Below, piece after piece: positions 44,117 through 56,429 of a DNA stretch of 64,000 bases. The notes beneath the pieces were generated by a model that was given only the letters and a program-made list of their open reading frames with translations, searched no databases and was not told where the DNA came from. Location: positions 13,082,001 to 13,146,000 of the forward strand of contig CM022670.1 in NCBI GenBank assembly GCA_012295275.1. The letters are read 5' to 3'. Positions within the stretch are counted from its first letter, which is position 1. Each line of letters starts with the position of its first letter. The stretch comes from Chrysomallon squamiferum. Lineage: Eukaryota; Animalia; Mollusca. Both the position numbers and the translations under genes were made by a program.

Positions 44117-44827
44117 TATTATTTATTTTAGAAATGCAAGTCATGGCCAGGGAGTACTTTGACAGGAGCAATTCTGCTGTCTGTGGTTGGGGGAAAGATG
44201 AGCGAAGGAATTAATTTTTCTGATGATCTGGGCAGGTATAGTGAAAATATTTAATTTAAAGGTTGTATTAAAACATTTGAGCAGTGCAATCAGTTCTCCT
44301 TACAGAATGAAAATTAATCTGTCTTGAATTACATATACATATTTCAAGACTTTTGTTTCCTTTGAATGAACTTAGAAACAAGATTTCATGTGTTTGTTTT
44401 GCACAAAGTGAACAATGGTTTACCAATTTGAATACAAATATCTACATATATGTACACATTCCTTATTATAATGTGGAGGATTTTGGTGGGTTTTTTTTCA
44501 TTATTATTATTATCATTGGGCATTTGATTCATCGAAAATCAGTTTCCAAAACATGGTCAAACCATCTTTATACCTTAATTAATTCAAAGAATAGCAATAG
44601 CAGGTGTAATAACAATTGTGGGACAGGTACCAGTAGTGTGTTAGTAGCATCAGAATACAATATGAATATAATTCTGTTTCTTTTAGATGTGTCATTATGG
44701 TTGGTTTGCCATATCCAAACATCAAATCACCTGAACTCAAAGAGAAGATGGACTATCTCAATGCCAACTTTGTAAGTTCTTTTTGAAAATATTCATCATA
44801 CTTTTTTCTTTAGCTTAGATGTGTGTG

Positions 44828-44867
<40 letters not shown>

Positions 44868-46116
44868 ATATAGTTTGTTATTTCATGGATTTTAGTGTAA
44901 AATAGAAAAATGGCCTTTGAAATATGCAGAAATATTACTTATTAGTGAACTTTGTTTTTATATAATTTCATTTTACTTTTCACAGAGTTATTTAACTTCA
45001 TTATTATTATCATTATCATCATCATCATTATCATGCTCATTATTTATTATTAATATAATATCATTATGTAATAATGAATCATCATCCATACTTTAAAAAA
45101 TTCCTTTTCTTTAAATTGCTTGTAGCCAAGAGACAGTGCCAACAGACTGGCTGGACAGGTCCATTATGAGAATTTGTGTATGAAAGCTGTCAACCAGTCA
45201 ATAGGTGTGTGTTGTATTTCTGTTCAATTCATTATGCATAGTAAATCATTTTTAATGTTTTCAATTACACATTAAAGCCAAAAACTCACATAGGTGAACA
45301 ATCAAAACCAACAGGGAAAAAAATGTCTGAATGAGAAAATATTTAAATAATTCTTAATGATACATAATTGGGGAAAATTTTGATTTTTAAAGAGTGACTG
45401 AAAAAATATATTACTGTAAATGTTGGTCTAATTATGTTTCTGTGATTAGTTGTGTTAGATGCCTTGATAACAGGTGTAATTTTTCTTTATAACATTTATT
45501 TTAATTAGCCATAATGAAAATACATTCTTTCTTTTTATTCTCTATCTCTTTCTGTTCTCTTTCTCTCATTCTCTTTCAGTATGTGTGATTACAATTATTA
45601 TTATTATTACTATTATTATTATTATTATTATTAATAACTGTTAAAGTTATGTATATTTTTAAGAAAATAGCTAAATATTGATTTTTCTCTTCCAGGGCGA
45701 GCAATACGTCACAAGGATGATTATGCAACCATCTTACTTCTAGATCGAAGATACAGCCGTACCAGTGTTGTTTCTAAGTTACCAAAGTGGATTGGTGATC
45801 ATCTTGTGAAAGTAGACAAATTTGGACCAGCAATGGCAAGAATAGCTAAGGTGTGTATTACACAGTGGTTTTGGGGGAAGCCTTTCCTTGAAATAGTATT
45901 TACTGTTATTTATTGTAATTTAGAAAATTAAAATTCAGTTTTAAACCAGTTAGCACATTTTTAAAAAGAAGTAAAAATTAATGTTTCTATGTTGTATCCT
46001 ACTCTCATCTTGTAGTGCATAGTTAGAACCAATATTTTTTTTTAACAGATTTATTAATTATATCTGATAATTTTTCTTTCTTCTAGTTTTTTGCAGAAAA
46101 GAAAGAAACAAGATAA
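22294..46116 (+). CDS. DDX11: ATP-dependent Fe-S DNA helicase DDX11/ChlR1 (XPD family), 28 coding exons, 967 aa
   Basis: GT-AG exons assembled by hand with consistent phases: 22294-22471, 22922-23055, 23383-23489, 23818-23852, 24311-24378, 24611-24691, 25049-25288, 25602-25709, 26050-26134, 26548-26654, 27032-27127, 27781-27933, 28427-28553, 28929-28973, 29160-29266, 29691-29736, 29867-29962, 30488-30616, 31045-31157, 31630-31702, 31846-31949, 43006-43155, 43718-43786, 44132-44235, 44687-44771, 45126-45204, 45696-45850, 46087-46116 (2904 nt). Motifs: [38 protein letters not shown] (EYE-like), [10 protein letters not shown], Fe-S cysteines (NLCVN, DKC, GCPF, ACPY), [51 protein letters not shown]. 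The start codon is uncertain: a small upstream coding exon at 20993-21010 (MASSNK) is also phase-compatible. Three acceptors are NAGNAG. Confidence 0.96.
42533..42877. mobile_element. Non-autonomous Tc1/mariner-superfamily (Tigger/pogo-like) MITE, 345 bp, in DDX11 intron 21
   Basis: Terminal inverted repeats CAGTGGTACTTCGAGTTACAAGT and ACTTGTAAGTCAAAGTACCACTG (21/23 match). TA on the left, TG on the right (mutated TA target duplication), in a TA-rich tract. No transposase ORF. Confidence 0.85.
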
Positions 46117-47537
46117 AATGAAGTCCATGTGTAAAAACAAATTTCCTACCTACAAGACTGAACTCGGTTTCAAAGTTCTTTGACTTGCAACATTATAACT
46201 GGTTTTTTTGAAAAATGTGTTGTGTTTATTTTAGTTATTTATATTTATTCCAACGTCTGTTGATCAACATGGAAATGAATATTTAAAGCTGTCCTCTATT
46301 TTTCTGGAGCCATTTTATTGTTGTTGTTGTCAGGGCGAAGGGGTTGTGTTGTCTTGTTTTTAAATTTTTTTCTATTGGTCTTCTCTAAATTTTAAAATAT
46401 ATCTGTTACAGCAGGACTATTTTAAAACATTTACAGACTCCCAGGCAAATGCAACCACTCACAGGAATAAAAATGTAAGTGGTTAATAAAATGCCAATAT
46501 CTGCTTATTATCATACAAATTAACATTAATATAGTGCATTAGTAAAACCCATGCTAAATATGTATCTTCCAATAACAAATATTTATAGTTTGGTACAGTA
46601 TAGTATTTATTTATTTACTGACAGCAAGTCGCATACGTAGCTTGGCCCAGCATGCCCATGTTAAAGGTGGCTCTGCATTATTGTACAAACAGATCAATCA
46701 TTTTTTATTTTTTTATTGAGGCACCCCATTCAGATCATGTAAAAAAAAAGTATAGCAGAAAATAAAGTTTTTAAAAGCTAAAAAGTTCACTACATAATTC
46801 ATTATACTGTAAGACTAGTATAAAATTTAGTCTACTGAATGTCAACCTTCAAAGTTATTTGATAGGAGCCAGGAAACTGTTAAGATACTATATTCTACAG
46901 TATGAGAGGAAGGTTCAAGAAATGCTCTTTCACCATTCTGCTTGTTGCTCATCAGTGCACAGTAAAGTATTTAGTTGTATGTCTTTTCATAAACAGTGTA
47001 TATTTACATCCTTCAGAGTAAACCAATAGTAGTCTCCTTGGAGATTGCTGAACATTTTCCAGTCGCTTAAGTATAACAAGTGATGAAGTGACTTCATTGA
47101 GGAAGAAAATTATTTTTAGAATGTTAACAGAATTTAAATTATACCTTTAATATTTATTTATTTATTTCAATTCCAAACCAGTGTAGCAGAAAAAAAAAAA
47201 GACTTGAACAAATTGAAAATAGGTGTATACTCAGTCTAGCATGGGTATTTGTAATGCCTATCTGAAATAAAATAATGGGGAAGTAAGTGTACGCTCTGTT
47301 TTTGTTACGTAAATTGATTTCAGTATTAGATTTGTCTGATATAAAAATTAAAAACAAACAAAAAACAACAAAAAAAGCGATCAGAACAAAAAGAAATGCC
47401 TAAATTTCCAGTAATATGCAGGCAAATTATTTACATCAACATAAACCTTTTACACATTACAAATCATTTAGCTGCAAATAAGCAAAGAGAAATGTCCTGT
47501 TGGTGTATTGTTTGTACAGCGTCGTCGAGATTTCTAA

Positions 47538-48114
47538 TTATCGTAAAGGGCAGTGCCTGCAACACACTGGCAGATTGGTGAAGCGGAGACATATCTGAAA
47601 ATCTCGACGACAGTAACCTTTAATCACTGTTAACACTGAGCCAAGCAAAACTAAAACTGCAAAAACTTCCTTCGATAAAATTGCCTCCACTAGAAGATAT
47701 ATCCTTTCCACCTTCAATTTTACCGTTAATTAAATTACCATATCATCATCATTGTAATTATTATTACACTGAAGAAGAAACATTTTCAACGTTATTATAT
47801 ATATATATATATAGCGCCTATACAGAACACAAATTTTTTTCAGCTTCAGTTTTGCCTGTTAATTATTATTATTGTTATTTCTTTTCTTTTGTGTGTTTGC
47901 CTGAGGGGGTAATAGAAAAGTGATAAAGAAAATAAGACAATTTTTGTTTTTCGTTGTTAATGTTTTTTTATTATTATTTAGTGCCATTATATTCCTATAT
48001 AACCCAAATGTTATTTTATTATTGTTGTTATTACTTTTCAAAATAAATAAGTTAGCAAATACGGTTGTCGGGTCCAAATAAATAAGGGCGACCAAAAACG
48101 GTCATCTTGTTCAT
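47538..48114 (-). pseudogene. Disabled copy A of the secreted Gly-rich/six-Cys peptide gene
   Basis: Exon 1 remnant ATGAACAAGATG at 48114 is frameshifted, and its donor is GT->CT (48054-48055). The exon 2 acceptor reads GG instead of AG (~47723). There is an in-frame stop in the Gly region. The Cys domain remnant YCRRDFQICLRFTNLPVCCRHCPLR* lacks the sixth Cys. Confidence 0.85.
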
Positions 48115-48191
48115 GTTTTTGGGGTTAAAAAAATAGAATCATGCTGTAAATGAAAGAAATAACGTAAATTTTCTCTCCTGTGTAAAGTTTG

Positions 48192-48315
<124 letters not shown>

Positions 48316-49686
48316 ATATATACCTTTATTTGCAAGATTTCTATCAAATCTTTCACAGCTCAAACTGTTTTATTTCGGCTCGTGTTGATAATTGTCCATT
48401 TTATTTTCAAGAATTTTTAATTATACTGAAGATGTGAGCTGATGCTTTCTAAATTAATAATACTAAGAGTTGAGTCTGCTGCTGGGTTGTAATAAAAATG
48501 AGACAACAGCTGTCAGAAAGCAGAGTAATTTGTTAATATCAAAATTATCGTGAGTTTAATTATTTTTGTTTGTTTTAATTTGCTCGATTCAGAAAATCTG
48601 CATATTGCTACTGAATGCATTTGAATTAACGGACAAATCGACCTTTTATACAATACACATTGCTGCATCATATTAGTAATATATTAACACGTAAATAAAC
48701 GTTAGTACCAAATACGTTTATATGTGTGTGTATGTCCATTGTATTATTGTACATATACACCTACAGTGTCGCGCGCGCGCGCGCGTGTATTGATTAAAAT
48801 GAATTATTCATTTATCAAAGCCAATGATTTCCCTATTCCTACATATTGTTTGAGGTATCTTCATAGCACAATGTCCACAGTTCCCAAAATACGTTTTACC
48901 TAACAATGAAGAACTTTGAGGTACTATGCCATATGCTTTATGATTATCAAAACCGAAGGAAAAGGATTTTGCCTAAATATTTACTACACTAGTGACGGTA
49001 TCATGCAAAATAATAATAATAATCATAATAATAAAATAACACAGAATTGTCTAAGATTCAAAATATTTTACTAAAATTTTAATTATTCATTAATAAAGTT
49101 ATGGAGTTTGAAAATAATAATGATAATATTTTGTTAAAACAGTAAGTACTTTTTAAAATATATAAAAATTAATTTATAACGTACTCCCTAGTTATTGTTT
49201 TTTTTTTTTTTTTTTTTTTTGGGGGGGGGTTTAATGCGTTTTACGTCGCACATGCTAATATACAAATAAACAAACATAAAAACTAATGAAAATGACCTGA
49301 TTAAATCATGCTTCATAATTTTTAAAGCATGCATTAATTATCAAAATATATTGAGGTGAATTTACTTTCTTTTTATATTTCTAATAATATGTGTAGTTAT
49401 TTAATAATCTTATGGAAACGTTTATGACTTTTCAGTATTTTGGTAAACATTTTATTTACAGTACTTACGTCTTCTATAGAGTCCGTTTAAAAAAAATAAA
49501 ATAATAAACAGCAACTAAATATTAAATATAATTAATGATGTAAGTATATTCGTATGGCTACATAAATATAGATACAAGTGACTTAAGTAAATAATTGCTA
49601 AATCGTCAGTTACTCAATCTATATTGTTTTTAATTCCAGTATGAAAAAAAATGTATATCATTCTTCAGTCATTCTCACCAGTTTTT

Positions 49687-49717
<31 letters not shown>

Positions 49718-50018
49718 CATTATTTGAAAAATTTACCATACTTTGTTTTTAGCAAAGATATTTTGAAAGTGTACGTTCTATGTTCGTTTCGTACACCGAT
49801 TTCAGCCTTGGATGTGTTTGATATAAAATAAATAAAAGCAATAAAGTTCGTTAACAACAAAAAGAAAAACGAATATCTTCATTAAGAAGAAGGAATTTTA
49901 TATAAATCCATTGATATCAACAAATATATTTTTACACATTATAAATAATTCATTTGCAAATTTGTAAAGGTAGAAATGTCTTATTGGCGTGTTTTTTAGC
50001 ACAGATTCGTTGAAATGT

Positions 50019-50214
50019 CTAATCACTGAAGTCGTCACACACCTCAGGGCAGTACGTGCAACACACTGGCATGCTGTCGAAGCGGAGACACTTCTGAAAA
50101 TCTCTGACTGCATTCACCTGAATTACTGTCATCGAAGAAACTAGCACCACTAAAACTGCCACCGCTATAACTTCCTCCACTAAAACCTCCTTGGCCTGTT
50201 AATTAAATATCATC

Positions 50215-50292
<78 letters not shown>

Positions 50293-50362
50293 GCACTGAA
50301 GAAGAAACATTGTACATATAGAACGCTAATCCTTTCCAGCTTCAGTTTTACGTGTTAATTAA

Positions 50363-50425
<63 letters not shown>

Positions 50426-50784
50426 TTGTTTCGGTTCGGGTTTTTTGGGGCGGTAGTGGTTTTTCTTATTTTTTATTTATATTTATGCGTGTGTGTATGT
50501 TGTGTAAGTATTTTTTTTTTAAATTATTATTATTATTTTTTTTTAAATACAAAAAGTGATATAGAAACAAAAACAAAAGAATTATGCTTTAGTTAATGTT
50601 TTTGTTATTATTTAGTGACATTACATTCTTATATAACGCAATATTTAATTATTATTGTTATTACTTTGAAGAAGAAATATACATATATATTTTTTAATTT
50701 GAAAAATAAATAAATAAATTAGTTACCGAATACGGTTGTCGGTCCAATAGTTAAGAGGAGAGCGACAGCTAAAAATAGAATCAT
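50019..50784 (-). pseudogene. Divergent copy B of the peptide gene, frameshifted (probable pseudogene)
   Basis: Exon 1 at 50784-50727 (MILFLAVALLLTIGPTTVF-G; first ATG is ATA, second ATG and GT donor intact). Exon 2 starts at an intact acceptor at 50195 and reads GQGGFSGGSYSGGSFSGASFFDDSNSGECSQ. A frameshift near 50101-50106 precedes RDFQKCLRFDSMPVCCTYCPEVCDDFSD*. Confidence 0.75.
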
Positions 50785-51284
50785 CTCGTTTATGTTTAGA
50801 ACGTCAGTCAGTTGTAAATATTAGAAATCTGTGCTGCTGTGAAGATTTTTTTCTCTCTTTTATATACGTTTATTTGCAAGATTTCTATCAAACCTTTCAC
50901 AGCTCAAACTGTTTTATTTTAACTCATGCTGATAATTGTCCATTTTATTTTCAAGAATTTTTAATTATGCCGAAGATGTGAGCTGATACACACTAAATTA
51001 ATAACAGTAAGAGTTGTGTCTGCTGCTGTGTATTAATAAAAACACGTCACAGATTTGTCACTTACCAAACAGTTACAACAATATATAGAAACAATTTGTT
51101 TGCTGTGCGACCTTTTTAACTGTTTGTTTTACTTATTTATATTTATTCCAACTTCTGTGGATCAAAATGGAAATAAATATTTAAAGATATATCCTTTATT
51201 CTGATTTTTGATTTTTTTTTCCCCCTGCAGTTTGCTTGTATTTTTATCAATACACAGCAAATAAATAAATTAATTCGTAAATAT

Positions 51285-51331
51285 GCAGTAACGATGAGGG
51301 CGACCGCAAAAACTAGAATCATCTCGTTCAT
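51285..51331 (-). pseudogene. Orphan truncated first exon (signal peptide) of the peptide family
   Basis: MNEMILVFAVALIVT, preceded by a homologous 5' UTR (ACAACTGACTGACGTT), with no donor and no adjacent second exon. Confidence 0.7.
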
Positions 51332-52010
51332 GTATTTAGTGTTACAACGTCAGTCAGTTGTAAATAAAAATTATGTTTTAATTTCGTCTGCTGCTATGAA
51401 GTTTCAATATTTTCTCTCAATTAGTTATATATCCTTCCATATAAAAAAAAACATGTTCATCCATGGAGAGCTGGTTCTACAGTACATTTTTCTAATTATT
51501 GGTGTATATAACTCGGTAATGAAATGACTTCATTAAACAACATAAGTATATATCAGTATCGCTCTTATTCTTCAACACTGAAATACCATAGCACACTCGA
51601 CATTTTAAACTTTTTCCGGAATTTAAAGTATACCTTTAATATTTAATTTAAAGTTTTGAAATAGAGATTCCTTAAATAACTTTAAACTAATTTATTATCT
51701 GTCCTGCAGTGTTTTTGATTTTATAAATATCTAAAAAAAAAAAATTTGTTTAAAAATTAATCTTATTACCGGGAAATTTGCGCTCCTATATTCGTTGCGT
51801 ACACTGATTACAGCATTAGACTTGTGTGATATGGAATATAATAAAATAATAAAATTCGTTTAGAGCAAAAAGAAAAACGAATATTTCAATAAGACGAAGA
51901 CAATTTATTTAAATGCAGTGATATCAGCAAATACATTTTTACACATTAGAAATACTTCAGCTGCAAATCTCTAAAGATAGAAATGTCTTAACACTGTGTC
52001 CTCAAGATTT

Positions 52011-52257
52011 CTAATCGTCACATATGTTAGGGCAGTGCATGCAACACACTGGCAGATTGGCGAAGCGGAGACACATCTGAAATTCACGACGGAGACACCG
52101 ACCATAACCTCTGCCACCGCTGAAACTACCACCACTGAAACTGCCACCGCTAAAACTGCCACCGCTGAAACTTCTTCCACCAAGACTGCCAAAACTTCCT
52201 CCACTAAAACTGCCTCCACTAGAACGCAAATCCTTTTCAGCTTCACCTGTTAATTAA

Positions 52258-52313
<56 letters not shown>

Positions 52314-52450
52314 TTCGAAAAATAACTATTTTAACTGTAATACAGATTACTTCGAAAAATAAATAAATGAACAAATCAGTTACCAAATACGGTTGTCGGT
52401 CCAACAGTAAGGAGCAGGGCGACCGCTAAAAATAGAATCATCTTGTTCAT
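52011..52450 (-). CDS. Secreted Gly/Ser/Phe-repeat + six-Cys peptide, copy C, 100 aa
   Basis: Exon 1 52450-52384 (67 nt), phase-1 GT-AG intron, exon 2 52246-52011. Product: MNKMILFLAVALLLTVGPTTVFG-EAEKDLR-SSGGSFSGGSFGSLGGRSFSGGSFSGGSFSGGSFSGGRGYGRCLRREFQMCLRFANLPVCCMHCPNICDD. TATA upstream; AATAAA on the minus strand at 51909-51904. Confidence 0.9.
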
Positions 52451-52533
52451 GTTGTCAGGTTTAGAACGTCAGTCAGTTGTAACTATTGGAAATGCTGGAA
52501 AGTTTCTGTGCTGCTATGAAGTTTTTTCTTTCT

Positions 52534-52543
52534 CTTTTATATA
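52534..52543 (-). promoter_or_regulatory. TATA box (TATATAAAAG) of peptide copy C
   Basis: Canonical TATA ~90 nt upstream of the ATG. Identical at 50857-50866, 56513-56522 and 60407-60416. Confidence 0.7.
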
Positions 52544-53254
52544 CATTTATTTGCAAGATTTCTATCAAACCTTTCACAGCTCAAACTGTTTTATTTAAAC
52601 TCATACTGATAACTGCCCATTTTATTTTCAAGATTTCTTAATTATTCTGAAGATCTGAGCTGATATGTATTAAATTAATAACACTATAGTTGTCAACTGC
52701 TGTGTATTAATGAAAGCAAGACACACAATTGTCAGTTACCACAGAGTTAGAACAATATATCATTATAAAATACTCATTGGTTGTACTAAAAATACACTAA
52801 CCCGTTAATATCAAAAATATGTTTAGTTTAATTATTTTTATGTTTTAATTTGCTCGATTCAGAAAAATCCGTTTTCTTGTGTGACCACTGAATATTGGTG
52901 AGAGAGCAATAATATACACTAGGAAATAAAAACCACTGATACAGACTAATAATATATTTAAATAGCAAATAATATTTGTCTATGTGTGTATGTCCGTATT
53001 GGTGTTTTCAACATACGTATATGCTGCACATTTTATAAATAAAATTTGTAAAACAGTAGAAAATACACTTAAAATGTATTTAAAATTATTGTTTACAATA
53101 CTTAATCGTGTTACAGCTTTTTATCATGTGTGTGTGTGTGTGTGTGTGTTTTGGAAAGAAAGTACAAATATTGCCGAGGATTGAAAAAAAAATCGTCTAT
53201 ATGATTATATATTTAAAGAATTTTAAAATGTTTAAGTGTAGAAAATGTGGATGG

Positions 53255-53704
53255 AAACAGAAAGTGACTAAAAATATATTATCAGAAATTTGGACACTGA
53301 TGTAATTAAATACATGTGTCTCTGATTTATTATAAATTTGAACTGGTATCTTGATAAAAGGTGTAATTGTATTTCATGATTATTATTTTAATTATGATCA
53401 TTTTTAATCAACCCTTTCTTTCTCTGTCTCTCGCTGTCTCAAATAAAATGTTTGTGATGATGATGATGATTATTATTATTATTCTTATAGTAACATGTAT
53501 ATATATTTTGTTTTAAATAGCTAAATATTTACTTTTTCTCTCTCAGGGAGGGCAAGAATGATCATGCAAACATCTTGTTTCTAGGTTGATGATACAGCCG
53601 GACCAGTGTCGTTACTAAATTACAAAGTAAATTCTTCAAGTGAAAATAAATTCCCTATCTAGAAAACTGAACCTATTTCAGGACTGTTTGCTTCGTGACA
53701 TTAT

Positions 53705-53752
<48 letters not shown>

Positions 53753-53830
53753 GTATAGTGTTTGTTTTAGAGTTTTATATTGAGTCCTACTTCTGTTGAT
53801 AAAAATGGATATAAATATTAAAAGCTATCG
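53255..53830 (+). pseudogene. Decayed duplicate of the DDX11 3' end (intron 26, part of exon 27, 3' UTR)
   Basis: GATACAGCCGGACCAGTGTCGTTACTAAATTACAAAG aligns to DDX11 GATACAGCCGTACCAGTGTTGTTTCTAAGTTACCAAAG. Flanks align to ~45380-45695 and ~46130-46290. Contains stops and deletions; boundaries approximate. Confidence 0.8.
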
Positions 53831-54099
53831 ACATTTCACATTTGTTTTATTTTATTTTATTTTATTATTTCAGACAAGTTCATTACAATACAGACAAATG
53901 ATCTTCCACCTGGTCGGCAAAGCGCATTCAAATCTTGTAACAGTACAGGAGGCAATAAACGTTATAAATGTTTATAGGTTCATTATTTAACTCATTCTCA
54001 TAGTACAGAATTTTCTAGGATGTACTGGTCTTCAGGAATCAATTCAGTTGATATATGCTTGTAGAAACGTTTTGTACGATACATTCTTTAATCGAGAAG

Positions 54100-55030
54100 G
54101 AAAACAGTTGTAAGAAAATACCGAAATGTTGTAATATAAAACTGATTAAAGCTGCCCTTTGAAATCTTGTTTGTGAAAACATTCTATGTATGCACCCTTT
54201 TCTAGGATGTGACACAACATCTCGTGATTTTGGTTTGGGCAAAGAAATTGCTTTAAAATATTTGATATCAAGTGAATTGTACCGTGAACTTCAGTTTTTC
54301 ACATCAACCAATGAAGTGTCAGGAAATAGTCAGAGCTGGAGACAATGCACTGCTTTATTTGTTCAGTGGTAAACCAGGAGAACAACTGATCACTTTGATG
54401 TTGAAAAAGATTTGTCAGAACATCTTTTGTTCGGCCTCAGTCATGTTCTCCCAGAACTGTAGCATTATTCTATCACAGTCTCGGGGTGTATTACAGGCCC
54501 AAGCATTGAAAGGGAAATATTTGCCAGGGACAGAGTGAGGTTGGCAAATTGTCAGTTCAGACTTGTACCCAGTAATGATTGAATAAGATGTAACCTCAGA
54601 AGAATTTTTGGAAATCATTAGAGGCAACTGAAAATTAGATTGCACGTCAGTGAGATGTACGTGTCTAACATTTTTCTACTGTATGTGGCAAAAATCAAGA
54701 TATATGTGCAAACACGTCCTTAGTTGATGACGCATCAGATGGCGTGTTTAGTGATAATATGCAAGTCACTGCAAATGACTGAGATAACTTCCTATGTACA
54801 GAAAATAAACTGTTGGAAAATGATAAACCAGTTACTCACTGGACTACAATGTGGACATTAACAACGACCACGTGTCTAATTAGGTGTTTACTTAGTTACG
54901 GCGGCGTCTTTAAATTTTTGCAAATTCCCCAAATTGGATATCGGCGCATTTTGGATATATTATTATATTCATCTTACAAAGTAGAATATAACAGAAAAAA
55001 TAAGAATCTATTGCAATTTGCGGTGGGTCA
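54100..55030 (+). mobile_element. Decayed fragment of a probable DNA-transposon-associated gene (HxFxGCDTTS motif plus C-terminal Cys cluster)
   Basis: Frameshifted pieces read ILCMHPFLGCDTTSRDFGLGK, EIVRAGDNALLYLFSG, YHSLGVY, GWQIVSSDLYPVM and IIRGN*KLDCTSVRCTC. This motif series is, as I recall, typical of a widespread repetitive invertebrate family with a FEN1/XPG-like GCD motif and a CXC-like tail. Superfamily not assigned; boundaries approximate. Confidence 0.6.
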
Positions 55031-55960
55031 TGCATTATGTTTACTATATGAACAATATAAACTTTAATCCATGGAATGTGAACCTTCAAAATCAGCTTTA
55101 AGAATTTGAATTGGAAAGAAAAGCATAAAGCCTGTGTTTTTTTAAGAAGTGACTGTGTTATGGAATTTTGTTTAGATGGGTTTTTGGAGGGAGTTTGTAA
55201 AGAAAATATTTATGTACCTTTTTTGTACAGTTCGCTTGTTTCTCATTAATATACAGTAAATTCTTTTGTTATATATCCAGTCATATAAAAATCATATGTA
55301 CATCTCCGGAGAGCTGTTTCTACCGTACATTTTCTAATTACTGGAGTATATAACTTGATAATGAAATGACATCATTATAGAACATAAGTATATATCAGTA
55401 TCACTCTTATTCTCCAAAACTGAATTACCATAGCACACACCACATTTTAAACTTTTTCCAGAATTAAAAGTATACCTTTAATATTTATTACTTGCTGTTG
55501 CTCTTGTTGCTGTTGTTGTTGTTGTTGTTGTTGTTGTTATTATTAATATGTAATATTTGTTTCAAAATAGAGATTCGGGTAAAACACTTAAATAACTCGT
55601 TGAAACTAATCATATTTACAATCTAGCATGGAAAATGTCCTCCAGTGATCCTCACGAGTTTTTGATTTTATAAATATCTAAAAAAAAACCTATTTCCTTA
55701 AAAATTAATCTTATCAGCGGGAAGTGTACGCTCCTATATTCGTTGTGTACACTGACTACAGCATTAGACTTGTGTGATATGGAATATAATAAAAGAATAA
55801 AATTCGTTTAGAACAAAATGAAACACGAATATTTTTCAGGAAGACGAAGACAATTTATTTAAATGCAATGATATCAGCAAATACATTTTTACACATTAGA
55901 AATACTTCAGCTGCAAATTTCTAAAGGTAGAAATTTCTTAACACTGCGCCCTCAAGATTT

Positions 55961-56242
55961 CTAATCGTCACACATGTTAGGGCAGTGCATGCAACACACT
56001 GGCAGATTGGCGAAGCGGAGACACATCTGAAATTCACGACGGAGACACCGACCGTAACCACTTCCACCGCTGAAACTACCACCACTGAAACTGCCACCGC
56101 TAAAACTGCCACCGCTAAAACTGCCACCGCTGAAACTTCTTCCACCAAGACTGCCAAAACTTCCTCCGCTAAAACTACCTCCACTAGAACGTAAATCCTT
56201 TTCAGCTTCACCTGTTAATTAAATTATTATTATTATTATTAT

Positions 56243-56283
<41 letters not shown>

Positions 56284-56326
56284 TTTCGAAGAACAACTAT
56301 TTTAAATGTAATACATATTACTTTTC

Positions 56327-56357
<31 letters not shown>

Positions 56358-56429
56358 GTTACCAAATACGGTTGTCGGTCCAACAGTAAGGAGCAGGGCG
56401 ACCGCTAAAAATAGAATCATCTTGTTCAT
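55961..56429 (-). CDS. Secreted Gly/Ser/Phe-repeat + six-Cys peptide, copy D, 105 aa
   Basis: Exon 1 56429-56363, exon 2 56211-55961, GT-AG phase 1. One more GGSFS unit than copy C; ends GGSGYGRCLRREFQMCLRFANLPVCCMHCPNMCDD. Confidence 0.9.

Noticed and set aside
51971-52246. Minus-strand Val/Ala-rich ORFs (MKLKRICVLVE...)
   Set aside because: Alternative frame of exon 2. The apparent GTG start is simply the first bases after the acceptor, and the phase-1 intron selects the Gly/Cys frame.
51996-52253. Plus-strand Thr/Ala-rich ORFs (TTTETATAKTATA; also at 55985, 59895, 63498) resembling mucin or antifreeze repeats
   Set aside because: Antisense shadows of the GGSFS repeat. Only the minus-strand frame has a signal exon, splice sites, TATA and poly(A) signal.
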